NCBI GenBank assembly: GCA_965202585.1
Contig: OZ241832.1
Span: 58,156,001 to 58,220,000 of the forward strand
DNA: 64,000 nt
Direction: 5' to 3'
Source: Thalia democratica
Taxonomy: Eukaryota
Shown here: in pieces, positions 12,701-24,700 of the stretch
Layout of the letters: the number at the start of each line of letters is the position of its first letter
How positions within the stretch are numbered: position 1 is the first letter of the stretch
The notes under the pieces: generated by a model
What the model was told of the DNA's origin: nothing
Database searches by the model: none
What the model saw: the letters and a program-made list of their open reading frames with translations, nothing else
Position numbers and translations under genes: made by a program

Positions 12701-15700
12701 CTGTTAGCAAATTTGATAATGTTTATAAATAATATTAATTTCAACAAAAATGATAACTAAAGTTAAAAAAAAAAAATTTGTACCTAAAAATAACAATCAG
12801 GAAAACATTAATATTTATCTTATTACTGTAAACAATCGAAGCAACTAGACTAGTAGTTTTATGTATAAGATAAATACTTCAATATTCTAAACAGTTTCTC
12901 TTTAAGGCAGCACTTATATTATTAATTACAATACTTATATTTTCATCAAATAGTTTTTCACAGATTGCAAAGTTCCTTCAATGTCCCATGCCGAGGCAAA
13001 ACTAGAAAATGGATATGTTGCCTCAAATTCTGTCACTAAAGGCACCAAAGTGAACTTTTTATGCATATCTGACTACAGCCCTAAAACAGCTCAACAGGTA
13101 GTCTGTGGTATTGATGGTGTGTTAAATGTGTCTAATGTCAGCTGCTACAAAGGTACATTTTTTATTTTAAATTTTAATCAATAATGTAGTTTAAAAAGTT
13201 TATATAAGTAAGTAGAATATTCATTAATTTTAAAGTGTGTTATGATTGTTAGACCTTCGTTAAGAATTATCGTGTTATTGATTTCATGTGATATCTTTTT
13301 AAAGATTGTACCGTTCCTTCAGTAGCTAATGCTGTAGCAAAACTAGAAAAAGAATCTGTTGCCTCAAATTCTGTCACTAAAGGCACCAAAGTTAATAACT
13401 TATGCAAACCTGACTACAGCCCTAAAACAGCTCAACAGGTTGTCTGTGGTATAGATGGTGTGTTAAATGTGTCTAATGTCAGCTGCTACAAAGGTACACT
13501 TTTTATTTTACTTCAAGTTATATATATAGTTTAATGGGTGAATAAAGTTAAGTAGATCATTTATTTATCTTAATGTTTGCTATGATTCTTAAATCATTGT
13601 TCAAAATATTTTGTCTCATTATTTTCGTGTGATAACTTTCACAGATTGTACCGTTCCTACAATATCCCATGCCGAAAAAAAATTAGAAAATGGATCTGTT
13701 CCCTCAAATTTTGTCACTAAAGGTACCAAAGTGAATTACTTATGCAAATCTGACTACAGCCCTAAAACAGCTCAACAGGTTGTCTGTGGTATAGATGGTG
13801 TGTTAAACGTCTCTGATGTCAGCTGCTACAAAGGTACATTTTTTATTTTGTTTTAGATTGTATATGTAGTTTAATGGGTTAATAAAATTAAGCAGATCAT
13901 ATATTCGTCTTAAATGTATGCTATGATTCTTAAATCCTTGTTCAAAATATTTCGTCTTATTATTTTCATGTGATAATTTTTACAGACTGTACCGTTCCTC
14001 CAGTGTCCTATGCCGAAGCAAAACTAGAAAATGGATCTGTTGCCTCTAATTTTGTCACTAAAGGCACCAAAGTGAATTACTTATGCGAATCTGACTACAG
14101 CCCTAAAATAGCTCAACAGGTTGTCTGTGGTATAGATGGTGTGTTAAACGTCTCTGATGTCAGCTGTTCCAAAGGTACATTTTTTATTTTGTTTTAGATT
14201 GTATATGTAGTTTAATGGGTTAATAAAATTAAGTAGATCATATATTCATCTTAAATGTATGCTATGATTCTTAAATCCTTGTTCAAAATATTTCGTCTTA
14301 TTATTTTCATGTGATAATTTTTACAGACTGTTCCGTTCCTCCAGTGTCCTATGCCGAAGCAAAACTAGAAAATGGATCTGTTGCCTCTAATTTTGTCACT
14401 AAAGGCACCAAAGTGAATTACTTATGCGAATCTGACTACAGCCCTAAAACAGCTCAACAGGTTGTCTGTGGTATAGATGGTGTGTTAAACGTCTCTGATG
14501 TCAGCTGTTCCAAAGGTACATTTTTTATTTTGTTTTAGATTGTATATGTAGTTTAATGGGTTAATAAAATTAAGTAGATCATATATTCATCTTAAATGGA
14601 TGCTATGATTCTTAAATCCTGTTCAAAATATTTCGTCTTATTATTTTCATGTGATAATTTTTACAGACTGTACCGTTCCTCCAGTGTCCTATGCCGAAGC
14701 AAAACTAGAAAATGGATCTGTTGCCTCTAATTTTGTCACTAAAGGCACCAAAGTGAATTACTTATGCGAATCTGACTACAGCCCTAAAACAGCTCAACAG
14801 GTTGTCTGTGGTATAGATGGTGTGTTAAACGTCTCTGATGTCAGCTGTTCCAAAGGTTCATTTTTTATTTTGTTTTAGATTGTATATGTAGTTTAATGGG
14901 TTAATAAAATTAAGCAGATCATATATTCATCTTAAATGTATGCTATGATTCTTAAATCCTTGTTCAAAATATTTCGTCTTATTATTTTCATGTGATAATT
15001 TTTACAGACTGTACCGTTCCTCCAGTGTCCTATGCCGAAGCAAAACTGGAAAATGGATCTGTTGCCTCTAATTTTGTCACTAAAGGCACCAAAGTGAATT
15101 ACTTATGCGAATCTGACTACAGCCCTAAAACAGCTCAACAGGTTGTCTGTGGTATAGATGGTGTGTTAAACGTCTCTGATGTCAGCTGTTCCAAAGGTTC
15201 ATTTTTTATTTTGTTTTAGATTGTATATGTAGTTTAATAAGTTAGTAAAATTAAGTAGATCATATATTCATCTTAAATGTATGCTATGATTCTTAAATCC
15301 TTGTTCAAAATATTTCGTCTTATTATTTTCATGTGATAATTTTTCAGACTGTACCGTTCCTCCAGTGTCCTATGCCGAAGCAAAACTAGAAAATGGATCT
15401 GTTGCCTCTAATTTTGTCACTAAAGGCACCAAAGTGAATTACTTATGCGAATCTGACTACAGCCCTAAAACAGCTCAACAGGTTGTCTGTGGTATAGATG
15501 GTGTGTTAAACGTCTCTGATGTCAGCTGTTCCAAAGGTTCATTTTTTATTTTATTTTAGATTGTATATGTAGTTTAATGGATTAATAAAATTAAGCAGAT
15601 AATATATTCATCTTAAATGTATGCTATGATTCTTAAATCCTTGTTCAAAATATTTCGTCTTATTATTTTCATTTGATAATTTTTCAGACTGTACCGTTCC

Positions 15701-18700
15701 TCCAGTGTCCTATGCCGAAGCAAAACTAGAAAATGGATCTGTTGCCTCTAATTTTGTCACTAAAGGCACCAAAGTGAATTACTTATGCGAATCTGACTAC
15801 AGCCCTAAAACAGCTCAACAGGTTGTCTGTGGTATAGATGGTGTGTTAAACGTCTCTGATGTCAGCTGTTCCAAAGGTTCATTTTTTATTTTGTTTCGAT
15901 TGTATATGTAGTTTAATGGGTTAATAAAATTAAGTAGATCATATATTCATCTTAAATGTATGCTATGATTCTTAAATCCTTGTTCAAAATATTTCGTCTT
16001 ATTATTTTCATGTGATAATTTTTCAGACTGTACCGTTCCTCCAGTGTCCTATGCCGAAACAAAACTAGAAAATGGATCTGTTGCCTCTAATTTTGTCACT
16101 AAAGGCACCAAAGTGAATTACTTATGCGAATCTGACTACAGCCCTAAAACAGCTCAACAGGTTGTCTGTGGTATAGATGGTGTGTTAAACGTCTCTGATG
16201 TCAGCTGTTCCAAAGGTACATTTTTTATTTTGTTTTAGATTGTATATGTAGTTTAATGGGTTAATAAAATTAAGTAGATCATATATTCATCTTAAATGTA
16301 TGCTATGATTCTTAAATCCTTGTTCAAAATATTTCGTCTTATTATTTTCATGTGATAATTTTTCAGACTGTACCGTTCCTCCAGTGTCCTATGCCGAAGC
16401 AAAACTAGAAAATGGATCTGTTGCCTCTAATTTTGTCACTAAAGGCACCAAAGTGAATTACTTATGCGAATCTGACTACAGCCCTAAAACAGCTCAACAG
16501 GCTGTCTGTGGTATAGATGGTGTGTTAAACGTCTCTGATGTCAGCTGTTCCAAAGGTACATTTTTTATTTTGTTTTAGATTGTATATGTAGTTTAATGGG
16601 TTAATAAAATTAAGTAGATCATATATTCATCTTAAATGTATGCTATGATTATTAAATCCTTGTTCAAAATATTTCGTCTTATTATTTTCATGTGATAATT
16701 TTTCAGACTGTACCGTTCCTCCAGTGTCCTATGCCGAAGCAAAACTAGAAAATGGATCTGTTGCCTCAAATTTTGTCACTAAAGGCACCAAAGTGAATTA
16801 CTTATGCGAATCTGACTACAGCCCTAAAACAGCTCAACAGGTTGTCTGTGGTATAGATGGTGTGTTAAACGTCTCTGATGTCAGCTGCTACAAAGGTACA
16901 TTTTTTATTTTGTTTTAGATTGTATATGTAGTTTAATGGGTCAATAGAATTAAGTAGATCATATATTCATCTTAAATGTATGCTATGATTCTTAAATCCT
17001 TGTTCAAAATATTTCGTCTTTTTATTTTCATGTGATAATTTTTCAGACTGTACCGTTCCTCCAGTGTCCTATGCCGAAGCAAAACTGGAAAATGGATCTG
17101 TTGCCTCTAATTTTGTCACTAAAGGCACCAAAGTGAATTACTTATGCGAATCTGACTACAGCCCTAAAACAGCTCAACAGGTTGTCTGTGGTATAGATGG
17201 TGTGTTAAACGTCTCTGATGTCAGCTGTTCCAAAGGTTCATTTTTTATTTTGTTTTAGATTGTATATGTAGTTTAATAAGTTAGTAAAATTAAGTAGATC
17301 ATATATTCATCTTAAATGTATGCTATGATTCTTAAATCCTTGTTCAAAATATTTCGTCTTATTATTTTCATGTGATAATTTTTCAGACTGTACCGTTCCT
17401 CCAGTGTCCTATGCCGAAGCAAAACTAGAAAATGGATCTGTTGCCTCTAATTTTGTCACTAAAGGCACCAAAGTGAATTACTTATGCGAATCTGACTACA
17501 GCCCTAAAACAGCTCAACAGGTTGTCTGTGGTATAGATGGTGTGTTAAACGTCTCTGATGTCAGCTGTTCCAAAGGTTCATTTTTTATTTTATTTTAGAT
17601 TGTATATGTAGTTTAATGGGTTAATAAAATTAAGCAGAACATATATTCATTTTAAATGTATGCTATGATTCTTAAATCCTTGTTCAAAATATTTCGTCTT
17701 ATTATTTTCATTTGATAATTTTTCAGACTGTACCGTTCCTCCAGTGTCCTATGCCGAAGCAAAACTAGAAAATGGATCTGTTGCCTCAAATTTTGTCACT
17801 AAAGGCACCAAAGTGAACTTTTTATGCAATTCTAACTACAGCCCTAAAACAGCTCAACAGGTTGTCTGTGGTATAGATGGTGTGTTAAACGTCTCTGATG
17901 TCAGCTGCTACAAAGGTACGTTTTTTATTTTGTTTTAGATTGTATATGTAGTTTAATGGGTTAATAAAATTAAGTAGATCATATATTCGTCTTAAATGTA
18001 TACTATGATTCTTAAATCCTTGTTCAAAATATTTCGTCTTATTATTTTCATGTGATAATTTTTATAGACTGTACCGTTCCTCCAGTGTCCTATGCCGAAG
18101 CAAAACTAGAAAATGGATCTGTTGCCTCTAATTTTGTCACTAAAGGCACCAAAGTGAATTACTTATGTGAATCTGACTACAGCCCTAAAACAGCTCAACA
18201 GGTTGTCTGTGGTATAGATGGTTTGTTAAACGTCTCTGATGTCAGCTGTTCCAAAGGTTCATTTTTTATTTTGTTTTAGATTGTATATGTAGTTTAATAA
18301 GTTAGTAAAATTAAGTAGATCATATATTCATCTTAAATGTATGCTATGATTCCTAAATCCTTGTTCAAAATATTTCGTCTTATTACTTTCATGTGATAAT
18401 TTTTACAGACTGTACCGTTCCTCCAGTGTCCTATGCCGAAGCAAAACTAGAAAATGGATCTGTTGCCTCTAATTTTGTCACTAAAGGCACCAAAGTGAAT
18501 TACTTATGCGAATCTGACTACAGCCCTAAAACAGCTCAACAGGTTGTCTGTGGTATAGATGGTTTGTTAAACGTCTCTGATGTCAGCTGCTACAAAGGTA
18601 CATTTTTTATTTTGTTTTAGATTGTATATGTAGTTTAATGGGTTAATAAAATTAAGTAGATCATATATTCATCTTAAATGTATGCTATGATTCTTAAATC

Positions 18701-21700
18701 CTTGTTCAAAATATTTCGTCTTACAATTTTCATGTGATAATTTTTACAGACTGTACCGTTCCTCCAGTGTCCTATGCCGAAGCAAAACTAGAAAATGGAT
18801 CTGTTGCCTCAAATTTTGTCACTAAAAGCACCAAAGTGAATTACTTATGTGAATCTGACTACAGCCCTAAAACAGCTCAACAGGTTGTCTGTGGTATAGA
18901 TGGTTTGTTAAACGTCTCTGATGTCAGCTGTTCCAAAGGTTCATTTTTTATTTTGTTTTAGATTGTATATGTAGTTTAATGGGTTAGTAAAATTAAGTAG
19001 ATCATATATTCATCTTAAATGTATGCTATGATTCTTAAATCCTTGTACAAAATATTTTGTCTTATTATTTTCATGTGATAATTTTTCAGACTGTACCGTT
19101 CCTCCAGTGTCCTATGCCGAAGCAAAACTAGAAAATGGATCTGTTGCCTCTAATTTTGTCACTAAAGGCACCAAAGTGAATTACTTATGCGAATCTGACT
19201 ACAGCCCTAAAACAGCTCAACAGGTTGTCTGTGGTATAGATGGTGTGTTAAACGTCTCTGATGTCAGCTGTTCCAAAGGTTCATTTTTTATTTTATTTTA
19301 GATTGTATATGTAGTTTAATGGATTAATAAAATTAAGTAGATCATATATTCATCTTAAATGTATGCTATGATCCTTAAATCCTTGTTCAAAATATTTCGT
19401 CTTATTATTTTCATGTGATAATTTTTACAGACTGTACCGTTCCTCCAGTGTCCTATGCCGAAGCAAAACTAGAAAATGGATCTGTTGCCTCTAATTTTGT
19501 CACTAAAGGCACCAAAGTGAATTACTTATGCGAATCTGACTACAGCCCTAAAACAGCTCAACAGGTTGTCTGTGGTATAGATGGTGTGTTAAACGTCTCT
19601 GATGTCAGCTGTTCCAAAGGTTCATTTTTTATTTTGTTTTAGATTGTATATGTAGTTTAATGGGTTAATAAAGTTAAGTAGATCATATATTCATCTTAAA
19701 TGTATGCTATGATCCTTAAATCCTTGTTCAAAATATTTCGTCTTATTATTTTCATGTGATAATTTTTACAGACTGTACCGTTCCTCCAGTGTCCTATGCC
19801 GAAGCAAAACTAGAAAATGGATCTGTTGCCTCTAATTTTGTCACTAAAGGCACCAAAGTGAATTACTTATGCGAATCTGACTACAGCCCTAAAACAGCTC
19901 AACAGGTTGTCTGTGGTATAGATGGTGTGTTAAACGTCTCTGATGTCAGCTGCTACAAAGGTACATTTTTTATTTTGTTTTAGATTGTATATGTAGTTTA
20001 ATGGGTTAATAAAATTAAGTAGATCATATATTCATCTTAAATGTATGCTATGATTCTTAAATCCTTGTTCAAAATATTTCGTCTTATTATTTTCATGTGA
20101 TAATTTTTACAGACTGTACCGTTCCTCCAGTGTCCTATGCCGAAGCAAAACTAGAAAATGGATCTGTTGCCTCAAATTTTGTCACTAAAGGCACCAAAGT
20201 GAATTACTTATGCGAATCTGACTACAGCCCTAAAACAGCTCAACAGGTTGTCTGTGGTATAGATGGTGTGTTAAACGTCTCTGATGTCAGCTGTTCCAAA
20301 GGTTCATTTTTTATTTTGTTTTAGATTGTATATGTAGTTTAATAAGTTAGTAAAATTAAGTAGATCATATATTCATCTTAAATGTATGCTATGATTCTTA
20401 AATCCTTGTACAAAATATTTTGTCTTATTATTTTCATGTGATAATTTTTCAGACTGTACCGTTCCTCCAGTGTCCTATGCCGAAGCAAAACTAGAAAATG
20501 GATCTGTTGCCTCTAATTTTGTCACTAAAGGCACCAAAGTAAATTACTTATGCGAATCTGACTACAGCCCTAAAACAGCTCAACAGGTTGTCTGTGGTAT
20601 AGATGGTGTGTTAAACGTCTCTGATGTCAGCTGCTACAAAGGTACATTTTTTATTTTGTTTTAGATTGTATATGTAGTTTAATGGGTCAATAGAATTAAG
20701 TAGATCATATATTCATCTTAAATGTATGCTATGATTCTTAAATCCTTGTTCAAAATATTTCGTCTTTTTATTTTCATGTGATAATTTTTACAGACTGTAC
20801 CGTTCCTCCAGTGTCCTATGCCGAAGCAAAACTAGAAAATGGATCTGTTGCCTCTAATTTTGTCACTAAAGGCACCAAAGTGAATTACTTATGCGAATCT
20901 GACTACAGCCCTAAAACAGCTCAACAGGTTGTCTGTGGTATAGATGGTTTGTTAATCGTCTCTGATGTCAGCTGTTCCAAAGGTTCATTTTTTATTTTGT
21001 TTTAAGTTGTATATGTAGTTTAATGGGTTAATAAAATTAAGCAGATCATATATTCATCTTAAATGTATGCTATGATTCTTAAATCCTTGTTCAAAATATT
21101 TCGTCTTATTATTTTCATGTGATAATTTTTACAGACTGTACCGTTCCTCCAGTGTCCTATGCCGAAGCAAAACTAGAAAATGGATCTGTTGCCTCTAATT
21201 TTGTCACTAAAGGCACCAAAGTGAATTACTTATGCGAATCTGACTACAGCCCTAAAACAGCTCAACAGGTTGTCTGTGGTATAGATGGTTTGTTAATCGT
21301 CTCTGATGTCAGCTGTTCCAAAGGTTCATTTTTTATTTTGTTTTAAGTTGTATATGTAGTTTAATGGGTTAATAAAATTAAGCAGATCATATATTCATCT
21401 TAAATGTATGCTTTGATTCTTAAATCCTTGTTCAAAATATTTCGTCTTATTATTTTCATGTGATAATTTTTACAGACTGTACCGTTCCTCCAGTGTCCTA
21501 TGCCGAAGCAAAACTAGAAAATGGATCTGTTGCCTCTAATTTTGTCACTAAAGGCACCAAAGTGAATTACTTATGCGAATCTGACTACAGCCCTAAAACA
21601 GCTCAACAGGTTGTCTGTGGTATAGATGGTGTGTTAAACGTCTCTGATGTCAGCTGTTCCAAAGGTTCATTTTTTATTTTGTTTTAGATTGTATATGTAG

Positions 21701-24700
21701 TTTAATAAGTTAGTAAAATTAAGTAGATCATATATTCATCTTAAATGTATGCTATGATTCCTAAATCCTTGTTCAAAATATTTCGTCTTATTACTTTCAT
21801 GTGATAATTTTTACAGACTGTACCGTTCCTCCAGTGTCCTATGCCGAAGCAAAACTAGAAAATGGATCTGTTGCCTCAAATTTTGTCACTAAAGGCACCA
21901 AAGTGAATTACTTATGTGAATCTGACTACAGCCCTAAAACAGCTCAACAGGTTGTCTGTGGTATAGATGGTTTGTTAAACGTCTCTGATGTCAGCTGTTC
22001 CAAAGGTTCATTTTTTATTTTGTTTTAGATTGTATATGTAGTTTAATAAGTTAGTAAAATTAAGTAGATCATATATTCATCTTAAATGTATGCTATGATT
22101 CTTAAATCCTTGTACAAAATATTTTGTCTTTTTATTTTCATGTGATAATTTTTACAGACTGTACCGTTCCTCCAGTGTCCTATGCCGAAGCAAAACTAGA
22201 AAATGGATCTGTTGCCTCTAATTTTGTCACTAAAGGCACCAAAGTGAATTACTTATGCGAATCTGACTACAGCCCTAAAACAGCTCAACAGGTTGTCTGT
22301 GGTATAGATGGTGTGTTAAACGTCTCTGATGTCAGCTGTTCCAAAGGTTCATTTTTTATTTTGTTTTAGATTGTATATGTAGTTTAATGGGTTAATAAAA
22401 TTAAGCAGATCATATATTCATCTTAAATGTATGCTATGATTCTTAAATCCTTGTTCAAAATATTTCGTCTTATTATTTTCATGTGATAATTTTTACAGAC
22501 TGTACCGTTCCTCCAGTGTCCTATGCCGAAGCAAAACTAGAAAATGGATCTGTTGCCTCAAATTTTGTCACTAAAGGCACCAAAGTGAATTACTTATGCG
22601 AATCTGACTACAGCCCTAAAACAGCTCAACAGGTTGTCTGTGGTATAGATGGTGTGTTAAACGTCTCTGATTTCAGCTGCTACAAAGGTACATTTTTTAT
22701 TTTGTTTTAGATTGTATATGTAGTTTAATGGGTCAATAGAATTAAGTAGATCATATATTCATCTTAAATGTATGCTATGATTCTTAAATCCTTGTTCAAA
22801 ATATTTCGTCTTTTTATTTTCATGTGATAATTTTTACAGACTGTACCGTTCCTCCAGTGTCCTATGCCGAAGCAAAACTAGAAAATGGATCTGTTGCCTC
22901 TAATTTTGTCACTAAAGGCACCAAAGTGAATTACTTATGCGAATCTGACTACAGCCCTAAAACAGCTCAACAGGTTGTCTGTGGTATAGATGGTGTGTTA
23001 AACGTCTCTGATGTCAGCTGTTCCAAAGGTTCATTTTTTATTTTGTTTTAAGTTGTATATGTAGTTTAATGGGTTAATAAAATTAAGTAGATCATATATT
23101 CATCTTAAATGTATGCTTTGATTCTTAAATCCTTGTTCAAAATATTTCGTCTTATTATTTTCATGTGATAATTTTTACAGACTGTACCGTTCCTCCAGTG
23201 TCCTATGCCGAAGCAAAACTAGAAAATGGATCTGTTGCCTCTAATTTTGTCACTAAAGGCACCAAAGTGAATTACTTATGCGAATCTGACTACAGCCCTA
23301 AAACAGCTCAACAGGTTGTCTGTGGTATAGATGGTGTGTTAAACGTCTCTGATGTCAGCTGTTCCAAAGGTTCATTTTTTATTTTGTTTTAGATTGTATA
23401 TGTAGTTTAATGGGTTAGTAAAATTAAGTAGATCATATATTCGTCTTAAATGTATGCTATGATTCTTAAATCCTTGTTCAAAATATTTCGTCTTATTATT
23501 TTCATGTGATAATTTTTACAGACTGTACCGTTCCTCCAGTGTCCTATGCCGAAGCAAAACTAGAAAATGGATCTGTTGCCTCAAATTTTGTCACTAAAGG
23601 CACCAAAGTGAATTACTTATGCGAATCTGACTACAGCCCTAAAACAGCTCAACAGGTTGTCTGTGGTATAGATGGTGTGTTAAACGTCTCTGATGTCAGC
23701 TGTTCCAAAGGTTCATTTTTTATTTTGTTTTAGATTGTATTTGTAGTTTAATGGGTTAATAAAATTAAGTAGATCATATATTCGTCTTAAATGTATGCTA
23801 TGATTCTTAAATCCTTGTTCAAAATATTTCGTCTTATTATTTTCATGTGATAATTTTTACAGATTGCACCGTTCCTCCAGTGTCCTATGCCGAAGCAAAA
23901 CTAGAAAATGGATCTGTTGCCCCAAATTCTATCACTAAAGGCACCAAAGTGAATTACTTATGCAAATCTAATTACAGCCCTAAAACAGCTCAACAGGTTG
24001 TCTGTGGTATAGATGGTGCATTTAACATCTCTGAAGTCAATTGCTTCCCAGGTAGTATTTCAATTTGTTCATTTATGTGTTCTAAAAAATCTGATGAAAA
24101 TTTAATTTTTTTACTTAATTGTAAATATCTTTGTTTAATATTTTTGTTCTAAAAAAGATTGAAATATAGCATTTTGTAATCAAAGTTTGACTATTGGTTG
24201 TTTCTGTATAAGTTTTAATATTTTGATTAAGGTTATATAAGGGAATTTCAATATTTTGTTTACAAAAAGTTATATTTGTCTACATTCCAAAACTAAATAT
24301 ATTGTTTATTAAGTTCTTATAAATTTCTTTACTGTTTTTTGAAGTTTAGTCAATTAAGTTAAAGGTATTAGTTGCAAAAAATTAAAATCAAAATAAAACT
24401 TGTCATTGCGCATTGTCTCTGAATTTTGAAAAATTTACTATAATTCTGTATCATTTATCAATTTATATCAAATTACTTACAAACGATAATATAGATCAGG
24501 GTCTCTGAAGTGGGCAAATTTATTCCCTTTGGTACCATGAGCAGCAAGGGGGGGCACAAGGTCATAGTTTGAAACTTACAATAGATATTCTTGGGTTGAT
24601 GATGAAGAGCCAAAATAAAAGGTCCTAGGCAGATTTAGTGGTAGTATTTTTGAGAAAAAATTTTGGGGGAGGGGGGGATAATTTTAATTGGGGCTTTTTG

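Noticed and set aside
12964-24051. CRISPR array or satellite DNA interpretation of the 340-bp repeats
   Set aside because: There are no unique spacers. Each unit is a spliceable CCP exon plus intron in a eukaryotic gene.
12981-24152. ORF-track entries as ~31 separate small genes (MIIFTDC.../MSYAE...FFILF)
   Set aside because: Their starts are GTG/TTG codons in introns or mid-exon and their tails run into intron sequence. They are exons of one gene.
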